From assembly GCA_963757635.1 (NCBI GenBank), contig CAVWSK010000006.1, positions 263,613 through 327,612 of the forward strand: a stretch of DNA of 64,000 nt, read 5' to 3'. The stretch comes from an uncultured Actinomycetota bacterium (lineage in GTDB: Bacteria > Actinomycetota > Actinomycetes > Actinomycetales > Dermatophilaceae). The number at the start of each line of letters is the position of its first letter. The first letter of the stretch is position 1. This document shows positions 29,576 through 41,451 of the stretch, in pieces. A program made the translations under genes and the position numbers. The notes beneath the pieces were generated by a model. That model ran no database searches. It saw only the letters and a list, made by a program, of their open reading frames with translations, and was not told where the DNA came from.

Positions 29576-30496
29576 ATGCGCAAGCTCGTCCTGCTCGCCC
29601 TCGTCGGCCTCGGCGCCCAGCTCGTCGACGGCAGCCTGGGCATGGCCTACGGCGTGACGTCCACGACGCTGCTGCTCGCCGTGGGTGCCAACCCCGCGAC
29701 GGCTTCGGCGACGGTCCACCTCGCCGAGATCGGCACCACCCTCGCCTCGGGAGCCGCGCACTGGCGGTTCGGCAACGTCGACTGGGCGGTCGTGCTCAAG
29801 ATCGGCATCCCGGGTGCGGTTGGGGCCTTCGCCGGGGCCACCCTCCTGGCCGGGTTGGACACCTCCGTGGCGGCGCCGGTCATGTCGCTCATCCTGCTGG
29901 CCCTGGGCACGTACGTGCTGGTCCGCTTCACGGTGCGCGGCATCCGCCGCGACCGGCTCGGCCAGCCGCTGCGCAAGCGGTTCCTGGGCCCCCTGGGGCT
30001 GTTCGCCGGATTCGTCGATGCCACCGGAGGCGGCGGCTGGGGACCGGTCGGCACCCCCGCCATCCTCGCGAGCGGCCGGCTGGAGCCACGCAAGGTCATC
30101 GGCTCGATCGACACCAGCGAGTTCCTGGTGTCCCTCGCGGCCAGCCTGGGTTTCCTGCTCGCCCTCGGTTCTGCGGGCATCAGCCTCGCCTGGGTCGGCG
30201 CCCTGCTCGCCGGCGGGCTCGTGGCTGCGCCCATGGCAGCCTGGCTGGTGCGGCACGTCCCGCCGCGGGTGCTCGGGTCGGCCGTCGGCGGCGTCATCAT
30301 CCTCACCAACTCGCGCACCCTGCTCAGGTCGGACTGGGTCGGCGCCGGCGACGGGGTCCGCTGGGTCGTCTACGCGCTCGTGCTCACGGCCTGGGTCGCG
30401 GCCGTGGCCTACTCGGTGCGAGCCCACCTCGCCGAGCGCCACCTGGCGCCTGCCGTCGCGACCCGCGACCACGCGCTGGTGTCCGACACCGCCTGA
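29576..30496 (+). CDS. Sulfite exporter TauE/SafE family protein
   Basis: AQLVDGSLGMAYGV, DATGGGGWGPVGTP, KVIGSIDTSEF. Confidence 0.92.
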   Translation: MRKLVLLALVGLGAQLVDGSLGMAYGVTSTTLLLAVGANPATASATVHLAEIGTTLASGAAHWRFGNVDWAVVLKIGIPGAVGAFAGATLLAGLDTSVAAPVMSLILLALGTYVLVRFTVRGIRRDRLGQPLRKRFLGPLGLFAGFVDATGGGGWGPVGTPAILASGRLEPRKVIGSIDTSEFLVSLAASLGFLLALGSAGISLAWVGALLAGGLVAAPMAAWLVRHVPPRVLGSAVGGVIILTNSRTLLRSDWVGAGDGVRWVVYALVLTAWVAAVAYSVRAHLAERHLAPAVATRDHALVSDTA

Positions 30497-30511
30497 GCGA
30501 CGAACGGTCGC

Positions 30512-31600
30512 TCAGGTGACCTCGCGTCCGCGCAGCACGATGTGCTCGGGCGCCGCCAGCGCCCTGATCTCACGGCGTGGGTCCGCCGCGTAGACGACGA
30601 GGTCCGCGTCGGCGCCCTCGTCCAGGCCGGGGCGGGCGAGCCACGCGCGGGCACCCCACGTCGCGGCCTCCAGGGCCTCCGGCGCGCTGAACCCCGCCTT
30701 GGTGAGCTCGAAGGCCTCGTCGGCCACCAGCCCGTGCCGCAGCGAACCGCCGGCGTCGGTGCCGACATAGATCGGTATGCCGGCGTCGCGGGCTGCGGCG
30801 ACGGTGGCGTAGCGACGCTCGTGCAGTGCGAGCATCCGCCGGTGGTAGGCGGGGTACTTCTCCTTGGCTGGTTCGGCGATGGCCGGGAAGGTGGCGATGT
30901 TGACCAGCGTCGGGACGATGGCGATCCCCTGCTCGGCGAACTGGGCGATCGTCTCCGGCTCGAGCCCGGTGGCGTGCTCGATGCAGTCGGTGCCGGCCGC
31001 TGCGAAGTCGTAGAGGGACGCCTCACCGAAGCAGTGCGCGGTCACGCGCGCCCCCTCCTCGTGCGCGGCGGCGATGGCGTCGGTGAGGACGTCGACCGGC
31101 CAGCAGGGGGTCAGGTCCCCGGCATCGCGCTCGATCCAGTCGCCGACGAGCTTGACCCAGCCGTCGCCCGCGCGGGCCTCGAGGCGCACCCGCTCGACCA
31201 GCTGGTCGGGCTCGATCTCATGGGCGAAGTTGCGGATGTAGCGACGGGTGCGGGCGATGTGCCGCCCGGCCCGGATGATCTTCGGCAGGTCGTCACGCTG
31301 GTCGATCCACCGGGTGTCGGCGGGGGACCCGGCGTCACGGATGAGCAGGGTGCCCGCCTCACGGTCGGCGAGCGCCTGCTGCTCCGAGGTGGCGTCGTCG
31401 ACGGCTCCGTGACCGTCGAGCCCGACGTGGCAGTGCGCGTCGACCAGGCCCGGCAGCACGTAGCCACGCAGGGTCTGCAGGTCGTCGCCGGACGAGGTCG
31501 GCCGTTCGAAGGTGAGCCGACCACCGACCACCCACGCCTCGGGCCGGACCTCGTCCGGCCCGACCAGGATCTCCCCCTGCAGGTGCAGCACCGTTGCCAT
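30512..31600 (-). CDS. Amidohydrolase family protein
   Basis: PGLVDAHCH (HxH), WVKLVGD, TAHCFG, IEHATG, GTDAGG. Confidence 0.9.
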   Translation of the reverse strand: MATVLHLQGEILVGPDEVRPEAWVVGGRLTFERPTSSGDDLQTLRGYVLPGLVDAHCHVGLDGHGAVDDATSEQQALADREAGTLLIRDAGSPADTRWIDQRDDLPKIIRAGRHIARTRRYIRNFAHEIEPDQLVERVRLEARAGDGWVKLVGDWIERDAGDLTPCWPVDVLTDAIAAAHEEGARVTAHCFGEASLYDFAAAGTDCIEHATGLEPETIAQFAEQGIAIVPTLVNIATFPAIAEPAKEKYPAYHRRMLALHERRYATVAAARDAGIPIYVGTDAGGSLRHGLVADEAFELTKAGFSAPEALEAATWGARAWLARPGLDEGADADLVVYAADPRREIRALAAPEHIVLRGREVT

Positions 31601-31609
31601 GAGCAGACC

Positions 31610-32947
31610 CTAATGGGACACGGCCAGCAGCTCACGTCGCAGGTACCGCGCCAGCAGGGCGTGGTCCGGGACGTGGTCGGGGTCGTAGACCACGCTGACC
31701 ACCAGTGCCCCCGCGACGGACAGCACGTCGAAGGAGACGGTCACGTTGCCGGGGTTGACCGCGGCCGGGACCACGCGGGTGACCAGGGCGCCCGCCAGGT
31801 GGAGCGGGGCGGTCGGCCCACGGACGTTGGTGACGAACGTGTGCACCAGGCGCTGGTGTCGGACGAAGTGGGGGAACAGGCTGGTCGCCGCCAACGCCCT
31901 GAAGACCGGGGACAGCAGTCGAGCAGAGGCCCCCCGCCGGCCCGCACCGTGGAGGCGGGGGCGCGCGGCCTGCACGGCTGCGAGGCGGACCTCGCCATCG
32001 GGGTCCAGCGGGATCCGCACCGGGAGCACCCCGACGGCATTCCCCGGCGCGCCACCGTCGTCCGCGTCGTGCCCGGACACCGGCACCGAGACGACCACGG
32101 CGTCGAGGGACTCCTCGCGGGAGGCGAGGAGCTCGCGCAGGGCACCACTGACCGCCACGAGGACCAGCTCGTTGACCGTGGCCGACCGGCGGGCTCCGGC
32201 GGCCACCACGGGCGCGAGCGGCACCTCGACCACCTCCAGCCCTCTGGCGGGGCCCGTGGGGGCGAGCAGGCTGGTCCGTCCCGCCATCCGCAGCCGGCCC
32301 AGGCCGAGCTCCCGGGCGCCCGAGCGCGAGTGCCGCACGGCGTCGGGCAGTCCGAGCAGGGACCTCGCGCGATGGGTCCACGCCTCCCGGAGGACCGCGC
32401 CGGTCGACGGCCGTGGGCCCGGCCCCGTGCGCCCGATCGGTGCGAGGGCGGACGCGTCGCCGTCGAGCAGGGCTGCCAGCACGGACAGCCCGCCGACCCC
32501 GTCGGTCAGGGCGTGGTGCAGCACGATGACGCAGCCCACGGCGAGGCCCCGTTCGTCGGCCAGGACGCACCCCTGCCACAGGGGTCGGTCGCGGGGCAGT
32601 CGGCGGAGCACCAGCTCGGCCAGGGCGGCGGACGCGTCGGAGGCGACGGAGGGGTCGGAGGCGTCGGAGGAGGAGCAGAGCTGGCGCACCTCGAGGTGCC
32701 GCTCGGTGCCGAACGCGGCATCGTCGACCCAGATCGGACGACCTGCCCCCAGTGCGGTGGGCACGAGGACCTGGGTCAGTCGCGGTACCGTCAGGCACCG
32801 CGCGGCGAGGAGGGCCAGCACCGCGGACGCCTCAGGTGCCTGGACCGGGTCGAGCTGGACGAGCACGCCGAGCTGCATCGGGACTCCGCGGCCCCGGTCG
32901 GCTGCCAGGGCCATCAGGTCGTCAGGACTCGCGCGGTCGATGGCCAT
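31610..32947 (-). CDS. Wax ester synthase / diacylglycerol acyltransferase-like protein
   Basis: LHHALTDGVGG (HHxxxDG), LPRDRPLW, TVNELVL, TNVRGP. Confidence 0.85.
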   Translation of the reverse strand: MAIDRASPDDLMALAADRGRGVPMQLGVLVQLDPVQAPEASAVLALLAARCLTVPRLTQVLVPTALGAGRPIWVDDAAFGTERHLEVRQLCSSSDASDPSVASDASAALAELVLRRLPRDRPLWQGCVLADERGLAVGCVIVLHHALTDGVGGLSVLAALLDGDASALAPIGRTGPGPRPSTGAVLREAWTHRARSLLGLPDAVRHSRSGARELGLGRLRMAGRTSLLAPTGPARGLEVVEVPLAPVVAAGARRSATVNELVLVAVSGALRELLASREESLDAVVVSVPVSGHDADDGGAPGNAVGVLPVRIPLDPDGEVRLAAVQAARPRLHGAGRRGASARLLSPVFRALAATSLFPHFVRHQRLVHTFVTNVRGPTAPLHLAGALVTRVVPAAVNPGNVTVSFDVLSVAGALVVSVVYDPDHVPDHALLARYLRRELLAVSH

Positions 32948-33008
32948 GGACGCACCGTAGGCGGCCCAGGGTGCCGTGCGCCGCTGCCGAACGTCCTGCG
33001 CTCTGGGC

Positions 33009-33845
33009 TCAGGCGTCCAGCGGGGCGACGAACCTGCGCAGCGCCTCGCTCACCACGTCCGGCGCGTCGGTGTGCACCCAGTGCGTGGCACCCTTGACGC
33101 TGAGCTGGCGCACCTTGGGGAAGAGCCGCTGCATCGCCGGCAGGTCGTCCTCGGTGATGTAGGGCGACTCGGCGCCGGCGACCCAGAGCACCGGACCCTC
33201 GAAGGGCGCCAGGTCCCGCGCCTCGTCCGGCCAGCCTGCGATCACCGACCCCTCACCCCGGGCGGCATCGGCAGCGAACAGGTCGAGGTTCGCCTGCCAG
33301 CGCCACGAGTCGCCGTCGCGGCGCAGGTTCTGCAGCAGGAAGGCCTTGACCCCGGCGTCCGGCTCCTCGAACCGCGCCTCGGCATCGGCTCGGTTGGCCA
33401 GCTCGGCGAGGGGCAGTCGCTGCATCTCCTCGATGTAGCCGCTGAACCGCTCGAGGCTTCCGTACCCCTTCGGGGCGATGTCGACGACGACGAGGCGGGC
33501 CACGAGGTCCGGGTGCTGCAGGGCGAGCAGCATCGCCGTCTTGCCACCCAGGGAGTGGCCCACGACCATCCACGGCGCGTCGGGGTCGACGGCGCGCAGG
33601 GTCGCTGCGACCGCGTCGGCGTAGGCGGCGAAGGAGAACTCGTCCGACCACGGCGAACGGCCGTGGTCGGGCAGGTCGACCAGGGTCGACCGGGCCCCGG
33701 ACCCGTCCGCTCCGGCGAGCGCCTTGGCGATCTGGGTCCAGTTGCGTCCCTGGCCGAAGAGTCCGTGGAGGAAGGCGATGCGTGGTCCGCCGGTGCCGAT
33801 CGAGAGGGTGTTCAGCGTGGCGGGCGCCGCGGCTGCGCCACTCAC
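33009..33845 (-). CDS. Alpha/beta hydrolase (YbfF-like esterase)
   Basis: LHGLFG, DLPDHGRS, GHSLGG, VVVDIAP, HWVH. Confidence 0.88.
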   Translation of the reverse strand: MSGAAAAPATLNTLSIGTGGPRIAFLHGLFGQGRNWTQIAKALAGADGSGARSTLVDLPDHGRSPWSDEFSFAAYADAVAATLRAVDPDAPWMVVGHSLGGKTAMLLALQHPDLVARLVVVDIAPKGYGSLERFSGYIEEMQRLPLAELANRADAEARFEEPDAGVKAFLLQNLRRDGDSWRWQANLDLFAADAARGEGSVIAGWPDEARDLAPFEGPVLWVAGAESPYITEDDLPAMQRLFPKVRQLSVKGATHWVHTDAPDVVSEALRRFVAPLDA

Positions 33846-35446
33846 CTGCCGAGGAACTTCTCGAAGCCCGCAGGCAGGTTGGCTGGGTCGAGGTCGGGCG
33901 CGTCGGCACCCGGCTGGGCCCCGAACGCCGAGCCGCCCGCGGAGCTGCGGGCCTCGGACGCCTTCTCGGCGGCGGCCCGCTCCTCGGCGGCGCGCTTGGC
34001 CGGGTTGCCGGACTTGGACTTCTTGCGTTGCGGCTGCTGCTGCTTGCGCTTGCCCCCACCGCCCATGCCCGGCATCCCCGGCATACCCGGGAGGCTGCCG
34101 CCGCGGGCCAGCTGCTTCATCATCTTCTGGGCGTCGGTGAAGCGCTCGAGCAGCGCGTTGACCTCGGACACCTGGACCCCCGAACCCTTGGCGATGCGAG
34201 CTCGGCGCGAGCCGTTGATCGCCTTGGAGTGGGTGCGCTCGAACGGCGTCATCGAGCGGACCATCGCCTCGATGCGGTCGAACTCGCGCGGGTCGAGGTT
34301 GTCGAGCTGGGCCTTCATCTGGCCCATGCCCGGCATCATGCCGAGCATCGACTTCAGGCCACCCATCTTCTTCAGCGCCGACATCTGGCTGAGGAAGTCG
34401 TCGAAGGTGAAGTCCTCCTCGGCGAGGAACTTGCGCTGCATCTCCTGCGCCTGGTGGGCGTCGAAAGCCTTCTCCGCCTGCTCGATGAGGGTCAGCACGT
34501 CGCCCATGTCGAGGATGCGCGAGGCCATCCGGTCGGGGTGGAAGACCTCGAAGTCCTTCACCCCCTCGCCGGTGCTGGCGAACATGATCGGGCGGCCCGT
34601 GACGGAGGCGACCGAGAGCGCAGCGCCACCGCGGGCGTCGCCGTCGAGCTTGGAGAGCACGACACCGGTGAAGTCGACGCCCTCCTGGAAGGCGAGCGCC
34701 GTGTCGACCGCGGCCTGGCCGATCATCGCGTCGATGACGAACAGGACCTCGTCGGGCTCGATCGCCGTGCGGATGTCGGCAGCCTGCTGCATGAGGTTCT
34801 CGTCGACCGCGAGGCGTCCGGCGGTGTCGACGATGACGACGTCGTGCTGGTTGCGGCGGGCGAAGTCGATGCCCGCGCGGGACACCGCGACCGGGTCGCC
34901 GAAGGAGCGCGTCCCCTCGCCCGTGGGACCGACCGCGTCGTGGCCGCCGATGTTGCCCCGCTCGGGTGCGTGCACCGGGACGCCCGCGCGCTCACCGACG
35001 ACCTCGAGCTGGGTCACGGCATTGGGGCGCTGCAGGTCGGCGGCGACGAGGATGGGCGTGTGGCCCTGCTCCTTGAGCCAGCGCGCCAGCTTGCCGGCGA
35101 GGGTGGTCTTTCCGGCGCCCTGCAGGCCCGCGAGCATGATCACGGTGGGCGGGTTCTTCGCGAAGGTGACGGTCCGGGTGGCGCCACCGAGGATCGCGAC
35201 GAGCTCCTCGTTGACGATCTTGACGACCTGCTGACCCGGGTTGAGTGCCCCCGAGACCTCGGCGCCGAGCGCGCGCTCGCGCACCGCCGAGGTGAACTGC
35301 TTCACCACGGACAGCGAGACGTCGGCGTCGAGCAGGGCCAGGCGGATGTCGCGCACGGTGGCGTTGACATCGGACTCGGAGAGCCGCCCCTTGCCCCGGA
35401 GGTTCTTGAAGGTGGCGGTCAGGCGGTCAGACAGTGACGTGAACAC
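33842..35446 (-). CDS. ffh: Signal recognition particle protein Ffh
   Basis: GLQGAGKTT, DTAGR, SKLDGDARGG, Met-rich M domain. Confidence 0.98.
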   Translation of the reverse strand: MFTSLSDRLTATFKNLRGKGRLSESDVNATVRDIRLALLDADVSLSVVKQFTSAVRERALGAEVSGALNPGQQVVKIVNEELVAILGGATRTVTFAKNPPTVIMLAGLQGAGKTTLAGKLARWLKEQGHTPILVAADLQRPNAVTQLEVVGERAGVPVHAPERGNIGGHDAVGPTGEGTRSFGDPVAVSRAGIDFARRNQHDVVIVDTAGRLAVDENLMQQAADIRTAIEPDEVLFVIDAMIGQAAVDTALAFQEGVDFTGVVLSKLDGDARGGAALSVASVTGRPIMFASTGEGVKDFEVFHPDRMASRILDMGDVLTLIEQAEKAFDAHQAQEMQRKFLAEEDFTFDDFLSQMSALKKMGGLKSMLGMMPGMGQMKAQLDNLDPREFDRIEAMVRSMTPFERTHSKAINGSRRARIAKGSGVQVSEVNALLERFTDAQKMMKQLARGGSLPGMPGMPGMGGGGKRKQQQPQRKKSKSGNPAKRAAEERAAAEKASEARSSAGGSAFGAQPGADAPDLDPANLPAGFEKFLGR

Positions 35447-35488
35447 GGCCCCAAGGCTAATCGGTCCGGCGGCCGGTCACCGACCCGG

Positions 35489-37867
35489 TCACTGACCGGC
35501 CGGCGCGCCGTCGCACGTGTCGATGACCATGGCCACCGTCTGGGCCACCTTGGCCGGGGACAGCAGGCGCCCCCCGAACTCGGTGACGTAGAAGGTGTCC
35601 AGCGTCTGACCGGCATACGTCGCGATGTGCGCGGACCGCACCGAGAGCCCCGCCTTGGCGAAGCCGATGCCCAGCTCGTGCAGCAGCCCCGGCCGGTCCT
35701 GGGCGCGCACCTCGATGACCGTCGCCTCCTGCGAGGCGTGCGGCACCACCAGGGCGCGGGCCTGCCCCGGCGACCCGGTCCCCGCCTGTGAGCTGGGTCG
35801 CCCGGCGAACTGGCGGCGCCGGTCCAGCAGCCCCAGCGGGGCGCGGTCGCCCTGGGCGAGCCGTTCGAGGCCGCGCACGATCCGCTGCTCGTCCGGCGCC
35901 TCGTTGCTCGGGGTCTCGACGTGCCACTCGTTGGCCGCCACCCCGTCGACGGTGCGCAGGATCGCGGTGCGGACCACGAGGCCGTATGCCGCGAGCAGGC
36001 CCGCGGTGTCGGCGAACAGTCCCAGCCGGTCACGGTCGTAGACGTCGATCCGGTAGGAGCCCCCCTGCGGCCGGACGATGACGACGGGTTCGCCCGAGGC
36101 CACGGCCTCCAGGTCGGCCGTGTCGATGGTCGTGGGTTGGGCAGGCTGGGGCACCTGGCCCTCCTCCCAGCCGGCCCGGGCGGCCTCGTCGAGCTGGCGC
36201 AGCAGGGTCGCCCGCCAGTCGGTCCAGGCCTGGGGGCCGGCGGCGGACGCGTCGGCCTCGGTGAGGGCCACGAGGAGGTCGAACACGTCGCGCGAACCGC
36301 CGGCCGCCTCCCTCGCGGCAGTGACGGTGCTCGGGTCCTGGTGGTCGCGGCGGGTCGCGAGGTCGATGACGGTCAGGTGCTCCCGGACCAGGAGGGTGAC
36401 CACCTCGACGTCGGCCGGTGGGTAGCCGAGCCGGGTGGCGATGGCCCGGGCGAGCGGCGCTCCGGTCGCCGAGTGGTCGTGGGCACCCGGGATCTTGCCG
36501 ATGTCGTGCAGCAGGGCGGCGAGCAGGAGCAGGTCGGCCCGGCTGACCCCACGCACCAGTCCGCCGGCGATGACCACGGTCTCGATCAGGTGGCGGTCGA
36601 CGGTGTGGCGGTGGACGGCGCTGCGCTGGGGCCGAGACCGGACGGCTGCCCACTCGGGCAGCCACTTCTCGACGATGCCGGACTGGTCCAACCCCTCCCA
36701 CACCCCGATCAGGCCCGGCCCCGTGGCGAGCAGGTCGGCGAACAGGTCGCGGGCGATCTCCGGCCACGGCTCCGGCAGCGTCGGGGTCTGGGCGGCGAGG
36801 TTGGTCAGCGTGGTGGGGGCGATGGGCAGGTTGTTGCGCGCCGCGACGACGGCGGCCCGCAGCGGCAGCAGGGGGTCGCTGGAGAGGGCGCTGCGTGGTC
36901 CGAGGACCACCTCGCCGTCGTGCTCGAACATGCCGAACCCCAGGGGGTTGAGCTGGGGTCGACGGGGGCCGACGCGCAGCGTGCGGGCGCGCTGCGACTG
37001 ACCCGCCCTGCGGACGGTGCCGTCGAGCGCGAAGGCGATGGTGCGGCCGGCGGTGGCCACCGAGGTGAGCATCTCGTCGGCGTCGGTGTGACCGAGGAGC
37101 GCGGCGACGGCGTCGTGGTCCTCGCGGGTCAGGCGGTCACGACCCTTGCCGGTCACCACGTGGACGGCGTCACGGACGTCGAGCAGCACCCGGTGCGCCT
37201 CGTCGACCCCGCCGTGCGGGCGGTCGGTGAGCCACGCGGCGACCAGGGCGTTGAGGACCGTGATGTCCCGCAGGCCCCCGTGCGCCTCCTTGAGGTCGGC
37301 CTCCATGCTCTGCGCGAGGTCACCGTTCCGGGCGTGCCTGGCGTGCAGTCCCTCGATGAGCTGTGGGAGCCGTCGCCTGGCGTTGGCGCGCCAGTCGTGC
37401 GAGACCGTCGACCGGGCGGCCGTGACGACCTCCACGTCACCGGCCACGCACTCGAGGTCGAGCAGCCCGACGGCGGCGGTGAGGTCGCCCGAGGCGACGG
37501 TGCGGCACTGGTTGACGGTGCGGACCGCGTGGTCGAGGCGCACGCCGGCGTCCCACACGGGGTACCAGATCCGGTCGGCCAGGCCGCGCAGGTCCTCCCC
37601 GCTCAGGGAACGGCCGTAGTGCAGCAGGACGAGGTCGACGTCACTGAGCGGTCCTGCATCACCCCGGGCGAGGCTGCCGACTGCGGCCAGGGCCACCCCC
37701 TGCGGCGGACGCGAGCCGAGGGCGTCGCGCCACACGGTGCCCAGCCAGTCGCGGGTCAGGGCGGCGATGGCATCGCGGCGCACCTGCCCGGCGCCGGGGG
37801 CGTCGAAGCCCCTCGCGCCGGCCAGGTCCAGGCGGCGAGCCGCCAGGTCGGTCTGCTCGATCGTCAT
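35489..37867 (-). CDS. glnD: [Protein-PII] uridylyl/adenylyltransferase
   Basis: AVGSLARG...SDVDL, DLKEAHGGLRD, HRHTVDRH, ALLHDIGK, two ACT domains (DRLGLF, DRPGLL). Confidence 0.95.
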   Translation of the reverse strand: MTIEQTDLAARRLDLAGARGFDAPGAGQVRRDAIAALTRDWLGTVWRDALGSRPPQGVALAAVGSLARGDAGPLSDVDLVLLHYGRSLSGEDLRGLADRIWYPVWDAGVRLDHAVRTVNQCRTVASGDLTAAVGLLDLECVAGDVEVVTAARSTVSHDWRANARRRLPQLIEGLHARHARNGDLAQSMEADLKEAHGGLRDITVLNALVAAWLTDRPHGGVDEAHRVLLDVRDAVHVVTGKGRDRLTREDHDAVAALLGHTDADEMLTSVATAGRTIAFALDGTVRRAGQSQRARTLRVGPRRPQLNPLGFGMFEHDGEVVLGPRSALSSDPLLPLRAAVVAARNNLPIAPTTLTNLAAQTPTLPEPWPEIARDLFADLLATGPGLIGVWEGLDQSGIVEKWLPEWAAVRSRPQRSAVHRHTVDRHLIETVVIAGGLVRGVSRADLLLLAALLHDIGKIPGAHDHSATGAPLARAIATRLGYPPADVEVVTLLVREHLTVIDLATRRDHQDPSTVTAAREAAGGSRDVFDLLVALTEADASAAGPQAWTDWRATLLRQLDEAARAGWEEGQVPQPAQPTTIDTADLEAVASGEPVVIVRPQGGSYRIDVYDRDRLGLFADTAGLLAAYGLVVRTAILRTVDGVAANEWHVETPSNEAPDEQRIVRGLERLAQGDRAPLGLLDRRRQFAGRPSSQAGTGSPGQARALVVPHASQEATVIEVRAQDRPGLLHELGIGFAKAGLSVRSAHIATYAGQTLDTFYVTEFGGRLLSPAKVAQTVAMVIDTCDGAPAGQ

Positions 37868-37873
37868 GTCCTC

Positions 37874-37931
37874 ACTGTGCCCTTCCGGGGTTTCACCGAG
37901 TGCGCAAGCGTGTTACGGCTGTGTTAGCGGC
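37874..37931 (-). promoter_or_regulatory. GlnR-box-type promoter directly upstream of glnD
   Basis: Minus strand: CTAAC-n6-GTAAC-n17-GAAAC-n10-CACAGT-n6-ATG, the same geometry as the amtB promoter. Confidence 0.7.
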
Positions 37932-37965
37932 AGTTCTGGTGCTGGCAAAGCGGTCCCACCGCAGG

Positions 37966-38003
37966 CCGGTGCCCGGGACGCGTGGTCGCGTCCCGGGCAC
38001 CGG
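37966..38003 (-). terminator. Perfect 17-bp hairpin between glnK and glnD
   Basis: CCGGTGCCCGGGACGCG-TGGT-CGCGTCCCGGGCACCGG. Confidence 0.85.
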
Positions 38004-38022
38004 AGTCTGCTCGGCAGTCGGG

Positions 38023-39779
<1,757 letters not shown>

Positions 39780-39786
39780 GCCCCGA

Positions 39787-39844
39787 ACTGTGCCGTCGCG
39801 GCGTTTCGGGCGGACGCGGCGTTTGTTACGGGCGTGTTAGCGGC
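39787..39844 (-). promoter_or_regulatory. GlnR-box promoter of amtB
   Basis: Minus strand: CTAAC-n6-GTAAC-n17-GAAAC-n10-CACAGT-n7-ATG; pentamers at 11-bp periodicity match the actinobacterial GlnR consensus gTnAc-n6-GaAAc. Confidence 0.75.
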
Positions 39845-39925
39845 TCCGCCGGATGGTAAGCATCAGGTAAAGACGCCCGGGTCGTCTCGGATCGTGGGAC
39901 TTCCGTCGTGCGGACCGCACCGGCC

Positions 39926-40570
39926 TCAGAAGGCGGACACCGAGGCCGGCGCGCGCTGCGGTCGGCTGAGGGCGCGCACCAGGGCGGCCTGTCCGTGGCG
40001 ACGGACGGCGACCCCCGTGAGCAGGCCGAGGACCGGGGTCAACACCCCGTCGGGGTAGGTCGGGGTGGGCAGCCCGACGCTGGCCGCGAGGTCGTCGCCG
40101 TGCACGACCATCTCCATCATCCGGGTGGTCAGGAAGTCGGTGGTCGTCAGGCACCAGCCCTGCCACGGGATGGCGATGGTGTCGGGGTCCCGGTCGCGTT
40201 CCAGCATCCGGGGCAGCGCCTCGGCCCACCGCCCGGCTCGCTCGAGCAGGTCGACGTGGCCGGCGAGGGCCGCCTCGTTGTCCGTCTCGGCGATGTCGAG
40301 GTTGACCTGGTCGTCGGGTGCTGCGGTCACCCAGGCCGCCCGGGCGTAGTGCTCGAGCAGCGGGATGGGTGGGTCGTTGGTGGGTTGGGCCCGGGACAGC
40401 CGGAGGGCGCTGCCGGCCTGGTTGAGCAGGTGGTGGGCGAGACCGCCGACCGTCATCCCCTCGCAGGAGCTCTCGAGTCCCCAGGCCTGCGCCACCTCCG
40501 GCGTCGCCACGAGGTCGCGGGAGAGGTCGACCGCGGCGAGGAACGCGGTCACGTGCTCGGATCGGGTCAT
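39926..40570 (-). CDS. Mycothiol-dependent maleylpyruvate isomerase N-terminal domain (DinB-like) protein
   Basis: WGLESSCEGMTVGGLAHH, TRMMEMVVHGDDLAASVG; TAGCAT -10 lies 6 nt before the ATG. Confidence 0.8.
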   Translation of the reverse strand: MTRSEHVTAFLAAVDLSRDLVATPEVAQAWGLESSCEGMTVGGLAHHLLNQAGSALRLSRAQPTNDPPIPLLEHYARAAWVTAAPDDQVNLDIAETDNEAALAGHVDLLERAGRWAEALPRMLERDRDPDTIAIPWQGWCLTTTDFLTTRMMEMVVHGDDLAASVGLPTPTYPDGVLTPVLGLLTGVAVRRHGQAALVRALSRPQRAPASVSAF

Positions 40571-41451
40571 GCGTCGATGCTAGACACCGCGGCGGGTTCT
40601 GGCCCGCGGGCACCCGAGGTCCGCCGCGACCCCAGGCGCGCGCGCAGCTGCCCGGCATACCGCTCCAGGGGCAGGAAGGCGAGCATCATCACCAGGTGCG
40701 GCCAGAAGGCGATGGTGATCGCCGCATACGTCATGGCGTGGAACACGAACCAGCCCGCCACCACCCGACGTCGCCACCGCTCGGACAGCAGGAAGATCAC
40801 CGGTGAGCTGAGCTCCGCCAGGAACAGCACCCACTGGAACCAGTGCAGGGTCCAGGGCACCTCGAGCAGCCACTGCGCCCACGGGGTGCCCCGCCGCACC
40901 ACGGCACGGACCATCGTGGCGGAGTTGACCCAGTCCCAGCCGCCGAAGCGGATCTTGGCCCAGGCCGAGAGGAAGTAGGTGGCGATCGCCGCGAGCTGGA
41001 CCGCGCGCAGGGCGAACCCCGCGGCCTCGCTGCGCCGCCGGTCCGACAGGTGGGCGAGGCCGACGGTCGGCAGCAGCGCCAGCGCCACCACGAAGTCGGC
41101 GCGGTCGTGGTCGACCTTGCCGTAGCTGAAGGCGATGTACTGGTACCAGACCCAGCCGATGGCGACGGTCCAGCCGAGGGCCCTCGGGGCGCGGCCGGTC
41201 ATCGCGGCCAGGGCCGCCAGGACGCAGCCCCACTTGATCGCCTGCACCAGCAGGACGCTCGCGGCGGGCAGGTGGAGCAGCTGGCCCATGACCAGCGGCT
41301 CGTACCAGACGGGGTCGGCGTAGCCGTGGTACCAGCCCGAGGTGTGCAGCCGGAGCACGTCGACGACCACGAACCCGAAGACGAGCAGGCGCAGCACCGC
41401 GATGCGGGCCAGTGGCACGGGCGCGAAGAGCCACCGGCCGACCGCGCTCAC
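40567..41451 (-). CDS. HTTM-domain membrane protein (SdpB / vitamin K-dependent carboxylase TM-like)
   Basis: PLARIAVLR, SYGKVDH, TYFLSAWAK, W-WV, FHAMT; GTGA overlap with the upstream gene. Confidence 0.7.
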   Translation of the reverse strand: MSAVGRWLFAPVPLARIAVLRLLVFGFVVVDVLRLHTSGWYHGYADPVWYEPLVMGQLLHLPAASVLLVQAIKWGCVLAALAAMTGRAPRALGWTVAIGWVWYQYIAFSYGKVDHDRADFVVALALLPTVGLAHLSDRRRSEAAGFALRAVQLAAIATYFLSAWAKIRFGGWDWVNSATMVRAVVRRGTPWAQWLLEVPWTLHWFQWVLFLAELSSPVIFLLSERWRRRVVAGWFVFHAMTYAAITIAFWPHLVMMLAFLPLERYAGQLRARLGSRRTSGARGPEPAAVSSIDA

